Source of the DNA: an uncultured Actinomycetes bacterium
GTDB taxonomy: Bacteria > Actinomycetota > UBA4738 > HRBIN12
Direction of reading: 5' to 3'
Length of the DNA stretch: 64,000 bases
NCBI GenBank assembly: GCA_963704725.1
Contig: OY969934.1
Location: 3,296,001 to 3,360,000 of the forward strand
The notes under the pieces are model-generated. The model ran no database searches. It worked only from the letters and a program-made list of their open reading frames with translations, and was not told the origin of the DNA. Below, piece by piece: positions 11,602 to 20,886 of the stretch (its first letter is position 1; each line of letters starts with the position of its first letter). A program made the translations under genes and the position numbers.

Positions 11602-12843
11602 GTGCTCCCAGTCGTGCCGGTGAAGCCACGGAGCGTGGCCGACTACGCGGCCTCGGCCGGTGAGGAGGCGGTCGAGCGGCTGCGGACGGCCGCCGAGCCG
11701 CTGCGCGGAGCCCGCGTGCTCGAGGTGAACAGCACCCCGTTCGGCGGGGGGGTTGCGGAGCTCCTGCATACCCACGTCCCGCTGCTGACCGACCTCGGGC
11801 TCGAGACGACCTGGTGCGTGCTCGAGGGGTCCGACGAGTTCTTCGCCGTGACGAAGGCCATCCACAACGCGCTTCAGGGGTCCGAGCACCGCCTGACGGA
11901 AGACATGGAGAAGATCTACTGGGACCGGATGCGCGCCAACGCGCCGCATCTGCCCCGCGACTTCGACTTCGTCGTGATCCACGACCCGCAGCCGGCGGCG
12001 CTCCTCACGCTCGTGGACGAGGAAGGCGCGCGGACCGGTCGGTGGATCTGGCGATGCCACATCGACCTCTCGGCCCCCTACCGGCCCGTGTGGGAGCTCT
12101 TCCAACCGCTCGTGAACGGGTTCGATGCCGCCATCTTCACGGCCGAGGAGTTCGTCCAACCCGGGATCACGGTCCCGGAGATCGCCCTGATCCCTCCGTC
12201 GATCGACCCGCTCAGCTCCAAGAGCGTCGACATGAGCCCGGGCGCGGTCCTGGAGCTGGTGGCATCGCTCGGGATCGATCTCGGCCGGCCTCTCGTCACG
12301 CAGGTGTCCCGCTTCGACCCGTGGAAGGACCCGCTCGGCGTCATCGATGCGTTCCGGATCGCCCGCCGCGATGTCCCCGGCCTCCAGCTCGCGATGGTCG
12401 GCGCGATCGCTCTCGACGATCCGGAGGGGATGCGCTATCTCGAGCTCACGAACGAGCACGCGGCCGGAGACCGGGACGTGCACCTGCTGACGAACCTCAC
12501 CGGCGTGGGCGACCAGGCGGTCAACGCCGTGCAGCGACGGGCCGACGTCGTGATCCAGAAGTCGATCCGGGAGGGGTTCGGCCTCGTGGTCTCGGAGGCG
12601 ATGTGGAAGGGCAAGCCCGTGGTGGGAGGGGACGTGGGCGGCATCCGCCTGCAGATCGTCGACGGCGAGACAGGGTACCTGGTCTCGAGCACCGGGGAGT
12701 GCGCCGGGGCGGTGACTCGGTTGCTCCGGGACCCGGAGGAGCGCGAGCGGATGGGTTCGGCGGGGCGGGATCGCGTCCGCCGGAGGTTCCTCACCACGCG
12801 CGAGCTCGAGGACCATCTGCGGCTCCTGGCGAGGATCCGTTGA
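11602..12843 (+). CDS. treT: Trehalose glycosyltransferring synthase (TreT-like GT4)
   Basis: NSTPFGGGVAE, HDPQP, WRCHID, SRFDPWKD, QKSIREGFGLVVSEAMWK. Confidence 0.85.
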   Translation: MLPVVPVKPRSVADYAASAGEEAVERLRTAAEPLRGARVLEVNSTPFGGGVAELLHTHVPLLTDLGLETTWCVLEGSDEFFAVTKAIHNALQGSEHRLTEDMEKIYWDRMRANAPHLPRDFDFVVIHDPQPAALLTLVDEEGARTGRWIWRCHIDLSAPYRPVWELFQPLVNGFDAAIFTAEEFVQPGITVPEIALIPPSIDPLSSKSVDMSPGAVLELVASLGIDLGRPLVTQVSRFDPWKDPLGVIDAFRIARRDVPGLQLAMVGAIALDDPEGMRYLELTNEHAAGDRDVHLLTNLTGVGDQAVNAVQRRADVVIQKSIREGFGLVVSEAMWKGKPVVGGDVGGIRLQIVDGETGYLVSSTGECAGAVTRLLRDPEERERMGSAGRDRVRRRFLTTRELEDHLRLLARIR

Positions 12844-14339
12844 CCCGGTCGCGGCCGCTGATCGTCGCCTCGAACCGTGGCCCGGTGACCTTCGAGCGGG
12901 GCGAGGACGGTGTGCTCGCGCCCCGGCGCGGGGCAGGTGGGCTCGTCACGGCCCTGCTCGGCGCGCTGCAGGAGGCGGGGGGGTTGTGGGTCGCGGCCGC
13001 GATGTCCGAGGGCGATCGCGAGATGGCCGGCGCAACCGAGAGCGGCCGCATCGACATGCAGGCGTTCGGGTCCCCCTATCGCGTGCGATACCTGGACGTT
13101 CCGCCCGAGGTCTACGACGGCTACTACAACCGGGTCTCGAACGAGATCCTGTGGTTCGTGCACCACTACCTGTGGGACACGGTCCACTCTCCCGCGTTCG
13201 GGGACGACGCCGCCGAGTCGTGGGCGCACTACGTGGACGTCAACCGGCGGTTCGCCGAGGCCCTGGCCGAGGAGGGCGAGCGCGCCGGCGAGGAGCCCGC
13301 CTTCCTCGTCCAGGACTATCACCTCGCGCTGGTTCCACGCTTCCTCCGCGAGCTCCGCCCCCAGGCCCTGATCGCGCACTTCTCGCACACCTCGGTGGCA
13401 GGACCCAACTCGCTGCGGATGCTGCCGGTCGAGATGCACGACCAGCTCCTGCACGGGATGCTCGGTGCCGACGTGCTGGGGTTCCACTCCCAGACGTGGG
13501 CCGAGAACTTCATGCTCTCGGTGCGCCAGCTCTCCGGCGTGCGGGTCGACCTCGGCCGCTCGCACATCCTGGCCGGGGGCCGCGACGTCGCGGTGCGCAG
13601 GCACCCGATCTCGGTCGACGGCAGGGCGATGCGCGAGGCCGCCGCCAGCGACGAGGTCCGAGGCCTCCGCCGCGAGCTCGCGGCGTGGCGTGGCGACGCC
13701 AGGCTCATCCTGCGGGTCGACCGGCTCGAGCTGACCAAGAACATCGTCCGGGGATTCAAGGCGTACGAGATGCTGCTCACGCGCGAGCCGTCCTGGCGGG
13801 GACGGGTGCGGTTCCTGGCCCTGCTCTCGCCCTCCCGAGGCGAGGTCCCCGAGTACCGGGAATACGCCGAGGAGGCCCAGGCCGAGGCGGAGCGGATCAA
13901 CTGGCAGATGATGGAGGACGGCTGGACGCCGATCGAGCTCCGCCTGCGGGAGGACTACCCCGGCGCGCTCGCCGCCTACGGCCTGTACGACGTCCTGTTC
14001 GTCAATCCCGTGATCGACGGGATGAACCTCGTGGCGATGGAAGGGCCCGTGCTGAACCGGCGACAGGGAGTCCTCGTTCTCTCGCGCAACGCCGGGGCGT
14101 TCGGCCGCCTGGGACGCTACGCGGTCTCCGTGAACCCGTTCGACCTCCGCGAGACGAGCAACGCCCTGCAGTCGGCTCTCGAGATGCCGATGGACGAGCG
14201 CACACGGCGGGCCAGGGGGCTGTCCCGCCTGGTGCTGTCGAACCCGCCGGCCCGGTGGGTCCGCGAGCAGCTGGACGACCTCGAGCGTGCCCGGCGGCGG
14301 CGGGACCAGGGGTCGTCCGAGCGCGCTCAGACGAGCTGA
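12840..14339 (+). CDS. otsA: Trehalose-6-phosphate synthase (GT20)
   Basis: ASNRGP, GAGGLV, VQDYHL, DRLELTKN, DGMNLVA; TTG overlaps treT stop. Confidence 0.88.
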   Translation: MTRSRPLIVASNRGPVTFERGEDGVLAPRRGAGGLVTALLGALQEAGGLWVAAAMSEGDREMAGATESGRIDMQAFGSPYRVRYLDVPPEVYDGYYNRVSNEILWFVHHYLWDTVHSPAFGDDAAESWAHYVDVNRRFAEALAEEGERAGEEPAFLVQDYHLALVPRFLRELRPQALIAHFSHTSVAGPNSLRMLPVEMHDQLLHGMLGADVLGFHSQTWAENFMLSVRQLSGVRVDLGRSHILAGGRDVAVRRHPISVDGRAMREAAASDEVRGLRRELAAWRGDARLILRVDRLELTKNIVRGFKAYEMLLTREPSWRGRVRFLALLSPSRGEVPEYREYAEEAQAEAERINWQMMEDGWTPIELRLREDYPGALAAYGLYDVLFVNPVIDGMNLVAMEGPVLNRRQGVLVLSRNAGAFGRLGRYAVSVNPFDLRETSNALQSALEMPMDERTRRARGLSRLVLSNPPARWVREQLDDLERARRRRDQGSSERAQTS

Positions 14340-15010
14340 CGCAACAGCTCGACGAGCCCGAGCGGGCCCTCGACCACCACGTCGGCCGCCGCCACCAGGG
14401 GCGGCGGCGTCTCGGCCCCGCGGACCGCGACCTTGACCGTCAGCGGCCCGCGCGCCGCGATCCGATCCAGGGCTTCGAACGCGTCGAGATCGGCGTGGTC
14501 GTCGCCCGCGTACAGCACGGCCTCGAGGGCCTGCTCCCCGGCCAGTCGTTCGACGGCCGCACCCTTCATCGACCGGCCCGGCGGCACGAGCTCGAGCACC
14601 ATCTTGCCCTCGATCAGATCCAGCCCGGCCTCGGTGGCGACGGGTTGCAGCGCAACCAGAAGGCTCGATCGGGCGATGGCCGGATCGGGCGCCTGCCGGT
14701 AGTGCACCGCGATCGACGAACCCTTGTCCTCGACCCAGGCCTCCGGCACCGCGCCGACGGTCGCCTCGACGCGGGGGACGATCGCCGTGACGAGCTCGGG
14801 TGCGTCGTCCTCGAACCCGTACAGTCCGAACAGGCGGAGGTGCGGAACGGGAAGCAGCGCCGCCACCTCGTCCGACCGGCGGCCCGTGACGATCGCGACG
14901 AGCCGGAACGACGTCGTCAGCTCGGAGAGCGCCTCCGCCGCGCCCTCGACCGGCCGTGCGAGCTCGGGGCGGGCGACGATCTCGGAGAGCGTGCCGTCGA
15001 AGTCCAGCAC
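14327..15010 (-). CDS. otsB: Trehalose-6-phosphate phosphatase (start uncertain)
   Basis: DFDGTL, VTGR, EDKG..VHYR, KG.AV, GDD..D. Confidence 0.9.
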   Translation of the reverse strand: MLDFDGTLSEIVARPELARPVEGAAEALSELTTSFRLVAIVTGRRSDEVAALLPVPHLRLFGLYGFEDDAPELVTAIVPRVEATVGAVPEAWVEDKGSSIAVHYRQAPDPAIARSSLLVALQPVATEAGLDLIEGKMVLELVPPGRSMKGAAVERLAGEQALEAVLYAGDDHADLDAFEALDRIAARGPLTVKVAVRGAETPPPLVAAADVVVEGPLGLVELLRQLV

Positions 15011-15050
15011 GACGCCGCCGGCGCCGGCCCGTGCTCGGAACGGCCCGAGG

Positions 15051-15638
15051 TCACTCGACGAGCGACGCGTAGTCGGTACCGATGTAGATGATGAGCTGCA
15101 CCGAGCTGTCGACCTCGGTGCTCGAGTCGAACTTGGCCACCTGGACGTCGAGTTGCTTGAAGAACTTGTCCTTGGAGGCGAGGAACTCCGCCTCCACGCT
15201 GTCGGCGTTCTTGGCGTAGTAGATGGTCGTCACGGCCACCGTCGACGGCGCGTTCCCCGGCGCCTGTCCCTCCGCGTAGCCGTACCGCGTGAGCAGCCGG
15301 TCCTGCACGTCCGCGGCCAGGCCGGTCACGCCCGCTCCGTTGAACACCGCGATCTTCGTGCCCTCGGTCGGGCCGACCTCGCTCCCACCCGTCGTGCCGG
15401 TGGTGCCGGTCTCGGTTCCGCCGGTGGTGCCGGTGGTCGTGCCGCCGGTGGTGCCGGTGGTGCCACCGGAACCCCCGTCGCTCGGCAGCCCGACGCTTCC
15501 GGCGGGGCTCTCGGGGAACGCCTGGTTGATGATCACGACGCCGCCCACCACGAGCGCGAGGATGATCACGAACCGAAGGGTGCTGGCTGCCACGGAGAGG
15601 TAGAGGCTCCTGTTCGTCGGCGGCTTGTGCGCGCCCAT
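15051..15638 (-). CDS. Membrane-anchored LytR C-terminal domain protein
   Basis: N-terminal TM, Gly/Thr linker, IAVFNGAGVTGLA...TIYY...IGTD. Confidence 0.8.
   Translation of the reverse strand: MGAHKPPTNRSLYLSVAASTLRFVIILALVVGGVVIINQAFPESPAGSVGLPSDGGSGGTTGTTGGTTTGTTGGTETGTTGTTGGSEVGPTEGTKIAVFNGAGVTGLAADVQDRLLTRYGYAEGQAPGNAPSTVAVTTIYYAKNADSVEAEFLASKDKFFKQLDVQVAKFDSSTEVDSSVQLIIYIGTDYASLVE
15391..15470 (-). repeat. Low-complexity coding repeat (Gly-Thr-Thr linker)
   Basis: Repeated ccggtggtg units encoding GGTTGTTGGTTTGTTGG. Confidence 0.7.
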
Positions 15639-15639
15639 C

Positions 15640-15954
15640 CTACCCGGGGATGCCGGGGTACCCAAGACTCCCGCTTCGCTCCTTGAGCCCGAGGCGCCGA
15701 GCCAGACGGATGCGCCGGCGGGCATCCCGGAGACGGCGGAGGCGCCGGACGAGCATGGGGTCGAAGGCCAGCGCCTCGGGCCGCTCGAGCGCGCCCACGA
15801 GCACCTGGTGGTACCGGGTGGGCGAGATCCCCAGCCGCTCGCGGATGGCGCGTTCCTTCGAGCGACCGCGACCCGGCCCGGCGCGTTCCAGCTCCAGCAC
15901 CCGGCGCGTGAGCTCGTCGAGCTCGGGAACGGGCACGATCGGCGCGACGCTCAC
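15640..15954 (-). CDS. DUF3263 domain protein
   Basis: KERAIRERLGISPTRYHQVL...DPMLVRRLRRLR; typical neighbour of LytR_C genes. Confidence 0.85.
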   Translation of the reverse strand: MSVAPIVPVPELDELTRRVLELERAGPGRGRSKERAIRERLGISPTRYHQVLVGALERPEALAFDPMLVRRLRRLRDARRRIRLARRLGLKERSGSLGYPGIPG

Positions 15955-15997
15955 GCCTTGGAGGCTAGCAACCACCACCGACGGGGCGAACGGCGGC

Positions 15998-18900
15998 TCA
16001 TCCGGCCAGCGCGCGGATCTGGCGAACCGCCACCGTCACGGCGGCCAGGTCGCTGACCTCCTCGAGGGCCAGCCCCCGCATGAATCGGGCGAGGCGGCGA
16101 GTGGGGTCGTCGTGCCGCTCCGCGAAGTCCCGCAGCCCCTCTTCGACGGGCCGTCCGTCCGCGTGAGCGAGCACGCGCTCGGCCAGGCGACGGCGCGCGG
16201 ACAGGAGGTCGTCCTCCACCGCCTGCAAGGCCCATCGGTGCCACCGGGTGGTCGCGGGGACGCCGGCGAGGCGCTCCTCGAGCCAGTCGATGTACGCGGC
16301 CTCCCCGACCACGAAGAAGGCCCGCGTCACCTCCTCGACGGGACGACCCGTCTCGGAGCTCACGCTCGCCACGTTCGGCCCGTGCACGAGGAACGGCTGC
16401 AGGACGTGCCGGCGGGCGACCGGCTCGGGCACACCGCCGTCCATCAGGCGCCACGCCTCGCGCTCTCGCTGGACGCGCCACGCCTCGGGCGCGGCGTCCA
16501 GGAGCGACCCGGAGAACCGGCGGAAGGGCTCCGTGTGGGCCTCGACGGCACGGCCCAGCTGTCCCGGCGTGTGCTGGAGGTACCAGCGCGCCGTCATGGC
16601 GACCAGCCGGTCGACGCCCCCAGTCAGCTCGTCGAGCAGCGGGGGATCGAGGATCCCGGCGAGGGCCTCGATCTCGCCCCACCGCTCGACGGCGCCGGTG
16701 ACGTCTCGCGCGATCCGGTACGCGCGGACGACATCCGACGGCTCGGCGCCGGTCTCCGCCACCACGCGCGAGACGAACGTGATCCCCTCGGAGTTCACGA
16801 CGTCGTTGGCCACGAGCGTCGCGATCAGCTCCCGTCGCAGCGGGTGCTCGAGCAGGACGTGGGCGAACCGCTCGACGACCCGTTTCGGGAAGTAGGACCG
16901 GAGATCCTGCTCCAGGTATCCCGACTCCGGGAGCGACGACCCGAGGAGTGAGTCGGTCAAGCTCTGCTTCGCGTAGGCGAGCAGCACGGCGAGCTCCGGG
17001 CGCACCAGGCCCCGGCCGGCCCGCCGCCGCTCCGCCATCTCCTCGGACCCGGGGAGGGCTTCGATGACCCGGTCGAGCACGCCCTGCAACTCCAGCGACT
17101 GCATGAGGTCCTCGAACGCCTCCATCCGCCCGGCCGAGAGCTCGGCCTCCCGCGAGAGCACCTGCGCCTGCAGGAAGTTGTCGTAGAGCACGTGGCGGAC
17201 CACGTCGGCCTCGACCTCGTGCAGGAGGGTGTTCCGCTCCTGGGTCGTGAGCTCCCCCCGCGCCGCCACCAGCCCGAACAGGATCTTCAGGTTCACCTCG
17301 TGGTCCGAGCAGTCGACGCCGGCCGAGTTGTCGATCGAGTCCGTGTCGATCCGGCCTCCTCGCATCGCGTACTCGATCCGCCCCCGCTGCGTGAACCCCA
17401 GGTTCCCCCCTTCGGCCACGACGCGGCACCTGAGCTCGCCGGCGTCCACGCGCACGGCGTCGTTCACGCGGTCCCCGACATCTGCGTGCGACTCGGAAGA
17501 AGCCTTCACATAGGTGCCGATGCCGCCGTTGTAGAGCAGGTCCACGGGCGCCCGCAGGATCGCCCGGATCAGCTGGTCGGGCTCGAGCTCCTCGTCCTGG
17601 ATGCCAAGGGCCAGGCGCGTCTCGGGGGTGATGGGGATCGACTTCAGGGTGCGGGGCCACACGCCGCCTCCGGCCGAGATCGCGTCCCGGCGGTAGTCGT
17701 CCCACGTCGAGCCGGGTAGCTCGAACAGCCGCCGCCGCTCGGCGAACCCCAGGGCGGGGTTCGGCGCGGGGTCGACGAAGACGTGCCGGTGGTCGAATGC
17801 AGCCACCAGGCAGATCTGATCCGACAACAGCATCCCGTTGCCGAACACGTCGCCCGACATGTCGCCGATCCCGGTCACGGTGAACGGCTCGTTCATGACG
17901 TCGGTGCCGATCTCGCGGAAGTGGCGCTTGACCGACTCCCACGCGCCGCGGGCCGTGATGCCGAGGGCCTTGTGGTCGTAGCCGGCCGAGCCCCCCGAAG
18001 CGAAGGCGTCGCCGAGCCAGTACCCGTACTCGGCGGCGACGGCGTTCGCGGTGTCGGAGAAGGTCGCCGTCCCCTTGTCGGCGGCGACGACCAGGTACGG
18101 ATCGTCCTCGTCGTGCACGACGACGCGCTCGGGATGGACCACCTGGCCGGCGACGAGGTTGTCGGTGAGATCGAGCAGCCCGTGCATGAACGCCACGTAC
18201 TGCCGCGTGACCTCCTCGCGGAGGGCCTTGGGATCGGCGATCTGCCGTTTGAGCACGAACCCTCCCTTGGAGCCGGTGGGAACGATCACGGCGTTCTTGA
18301 CCATCTGCGCCTTCATCAGGCCGAGCACCTCGGTGCGGTAGTCCTGGCGCCGGTCGGACCACCGGATGCCCCCTCGGGCCACCCTTCCGCCGCGAAGGTG
18401 GATCGCCTCCATCTCGGGCGAGTACACGAAGATCTCGAACAGCGGCGTGGGCTTGGGCATCTCCGGGACCTGGGCGGAGCGGAACTTGAACGACAGCGTG
18501 GCCGCGCGGGCCTTGTACGCGTTCGTCCGCACCGTCGCGTCGATCACGCCGAGCGCGTTGCGCAGGATGCGGTCGTGTTCGAGCGACACCACGGCGTCCA
18601 GGTCGCGCAGGATCTCCGCGCGGATCGCCTCCACCCGCTCAGCGTCGCGAGGGCGTTCCGGGTCGAAGCGCTCCTCGAACAGCCGGATCAGCCCGGCGGC
18701 GATGTGCGGATGCCCCGCGAACGCGTCGTTCTTGTACTCGACGGGGAAGCTCGCGTTCACGCGGTGGTGGAACTTGCGGTAGGCCCGCAGGACCTGAACC
18801 TGGCGCCAGTCCAGGCCCGCCGTCACGACGAGCCGGTTGAGGGAGTCGGACTCGCACTCTCCCCTCCACACGGCCACGATGCAGCCGGCGATCCGCGCCC

Positions 18901-20794
18901 CGCTCCGCTCGACGTCGAGCGGCTTGTGGTCGGCGCCGAGGACGCCGAAGTCGTGGAGGTAGCGCTCGTCCTCGCCGGCGAGGTGCGTCGGCCACTCCTC
19001 GATCACCCGCAGGCCGAGGGACTCGAGGGTCGGCACGAAGTCGGAGAGCTGGATCTTGCCCCCGACCTTGTACAGGCGCACGCGCGTCAGGGTCTCGCCC
19101 TCCTCGGTCTCGTTGGCCAGACCGACCACGAAGGCCTCGTCGCCCGCCTCGAGCTCCTCGAACAGAAGGATGTCCTCCACGGCAAGATCGACCTCGGTGG
19201 AGGCCTTGTAGTAGTCGGGGAACCGGTGCGCCCACCGGTCGAACAGGACGCGGGCGCCGTGCTCGCCGTGGAGCTCGGTCAGGCGCTCCTCGAGGCGGTC
19301 GTCCCACGTCCGGGCGATCTCGACGACGTCGCGCTCGAGGTCGTCGAAGGACACGTCCGGGACCTGCCCCGAGGCGACGTGGACCGTGTAGTGCAGGTGC
19401 GCCAGGCCGCTCTCGGCGAACTCCAGGTGCTCGTCGATCGACGAGCCACGGAACCGGCCCAGGAACAGCTCCTGGAGTCGCTGCCCGACCTCGGGCGTGA
19501 AGCGGTCCCGGGGCAGGGCCACCAGGAGCGAGACGCTCCGGCCGTACAGGTCGCGCCGCACGAACAGCTTGACGTGCTGCTGCTCCTGCAGGGCGAGGAG
19601 ACCCGTCACCTGCGTCCGGATCTCCTCGGGAGTGGCGGCGAACAGCTCGTCCTTGGGGAAGCTCTCGAAGATCGAGACGACGGCCTTGTAGTCGTGCGAG
19701 CCCTCGAACAGGTCCTCGGCCGCCAGGATCTGCTGGAGCTTGCGGTGCAGCAGCGGCGTCTTGCTCGCGGGCTCCATGTACGCCTTCGACGTGAACAGGC
19801 CGACCAACCGGGCCTCGCCCACGATCCGGCCCTCCGCAGAGACCTTGCGCACGCCGATGTAGTCCATCCTCGCCCGCCGGTGCACGGTGGAGGGACGGTT
19901 GGTCTTCGAGTAGATCAACAGGTCGCCCCCCTCGATCCGTCCCCGCAGGTTCGGCTCGATCGCAGACAGGAGCACGGGCGTGTCGTACGCAGACCATCCG
20001 GGCTTGGACAGGATCCCCAGCCCGCTCTGCAGGACCGCCGCGAGCGCCCGGCCCGCGGGCGTATCCACGAGGTCGTACTCGCGGTAGCCGAGCAGGACGA
20101 AGTTGTCCTCGAGGAGCCACTGGACGAAGGCGACGGTCTCGGCGACCTCTCCGTCCGAGTACGCGGTGATGCCGTCCCACGCGATGTCGGCCATCCGCCC
20201 AAGGGCGTCGCGCATCGCCTCGAAGTCCCGGACCGCGAGGCGGACGTCGCCGAGCACCCCGCGGACGGCCTCCTCCAGGTCCGCCGCCTCGGGGCCGGGG
20301 AGCCGCCGCTCGAGCTCGAATCGCATGACCGACTCGCGCGTCGCCGCCTCCCGGACGCCCACCACGCGGCGGATCCGGCCGTCGGATCCGCGCTCGACGC
20401 CGATCACCGGGTGGATCACGTGGCGGACGGAGAGGTCGCGCGCCTGCAGCTCCTCGTTCACGGAGTCGAACAGGAACGGCGAGTCGATCGTGTTCGTCTC
20501 GACCACCGTCCCCAGGGCCTGGTACCCGTCCCGGCCGAGCGTCGGGTTGAACACCCGGACGGCGACCTCGTCGGATCCTCGGGCGTCGGCGAGCCGGTGG
20601 ACGCCCAGCACCATCCCGAGCAGCTCGTCCGCGGTGACCCCGGCGAGATCGGCGGCCGGGAGCCGCCGCGTGAAGGCCTTGGCCAGGGCAACGACGGCCT
20701 CGGCGCGTTCGAGCGGGACCTGAGCGGCAACCAGCTCGACCAGCCGGTCGAGCACCGTCCGGAGGGCCGGAGCGGCCTCGTCCGTCGCGCTCAC
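15998..20794 (-). CDS. gdhB: Large NAD-specific glutamate dehydrogenase (GdhB type)
   Basis: ARGGIRWSDR, KAQMVKNAVIVP, AADKGTATFSD, GDMSGDVFGNG, DNSAGVDCSD. Confidence 0.96.
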   Translation of the reverse strand: MSATDEAAPALRTVLDRLVELVAAQVPLERAEAVVALAKAFTRRLPAADLAGVTADELLGMVLGVHRLADARGSDEVAVRVFNPTLGRDGYQALGTVVETNTIDSPFLFDSVNEELQARDLSVRHVIHPVIGVERGSDGRIRRVVGVREAATRESVMRFELERRLPGPEAADLEEAVRGVLGDVRLAVRDFEAMRDALGRMADIAWDGITAYSDGEVAETVAFVQWLLEDNFVLLGYREYDLVDTPAGRALAAVLQSGLGILSKPGWSAYDTPVLLSAIEPNLRGRIEGGDLLIYSKTNRPSTVHRRARMDYIGVRKVSAEGRIVGEARLVGLFTSKAYMEPASKTPLLHRKLQQILAAEDLFEGSHDYKAVVSIFESFPKDELFAATPEEIRTQVTGLLALQEQQHVKLFVRRDLYGRSVSLLVALPRDRFTPEVGQRLQELFLGRFRGSSIDEHLEFAESGLAHLHYTVHVASGQVPDVSFDDLERDVVEIARTWDDRLEERLTELHGEHGARVLFDRWAHRFPDYYKASTEVDLAVEDILLFEELEAGDEAFVVGLANETEEGETLTRVRLYKVGGKIQLSDFVPTLESLGLRVIEEWPTHLAGEDERYLHDFGVLGADHKPLDVERSGARIAGCIVAVWRGECESDSLNRLVVTAGLDWRQVQVLRAYRKFHHRVNASFPVEYKNDAFAGHPHIAAGLIRLFEERFDPERPRDAERVEAIRAEILRDLDAVVSLEHDRILRNALGVIDATVRTNAYKARAATLSFKFRSAQVPEMPKPTPLFEIFVYSPEMEAIHLRGGRVARGGIRWSDRRQDYRTEVLGLMKAQMVKNAVIVPTGSKGGFVLKRQIADPKALREEVTRQYVAFMHGLLDLTDNLVAGQVVHPERVVVHDEDDPYLVVAADKGTATFSDTANAVAAEYGYWLGDAFASGGSAGYDHKALGITARGAWESVKRHFREIGTDVMNEPFTVTGIGDMSGDVFGNGMLLSDQICLVAAFDHRHVFVDPAPNPALGFAERRRLFELPGSTWDDYRRDAISAGGGVWPRTLKSIPITPETRLALGIQDEELEPDQLIRAILRAPVDLLYNGGIGTYVKASSESHADVGDRVNDAVRVDAGELRCRVVAEGGNLGFTQRGRIEYAMRGGRIDTDSIDNSAGVDCSDHEVNLKILFGLVAARGELTTQERNTLLHEVEADVVRHVLYDNFLQAQVLSREAELSAGRMEAFEDLMQSLELQGVLDRVIEALPGSEEMAERRRAGRGLVRPELAVLLAYAKQSLTDSLLGSSLPESGYLEQDLRSYFPKRVVERFAHVLLEHPLRRELIATLVANDVVNSEGITFVSRVVAETGAEPSDVVRAYRIARDVTGAVERWGEIEALAGILDPPLLDELTGGVDRLVAMTARWYLQHTPGQLGRAVEAHTEPFRRFSGSLLDAAPEAWRVQREREAWRLMDGGVPEPVARRHVLQPFLVHGPNVASVSSETGRPVEEVTRAFFVVGEAAYIDWLEERLAGVPATTRWHRWALQAVEDDLLSARRRLAERVLAHADGRPVEEGLRDFAERHDDPTRRLARFMRGLALEEVSDLAAVTVAVRQIRALAG

Positions 20795-20886
20795 CGGCCC
20801 ATCGTACCCGGGCCGCGAACGCCGGCCGAGGGCCCCGGCATCAACTCGAAGCGCTCCCGTGCCGAGAATCAAGGAGGAGGAGGCCG

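Noticed and set aside
15391-15470. Tandem repeats as a CRISPR or VNTR element
   Set aside because: In-frame Gly/Thr linker without spacers; no cas genes
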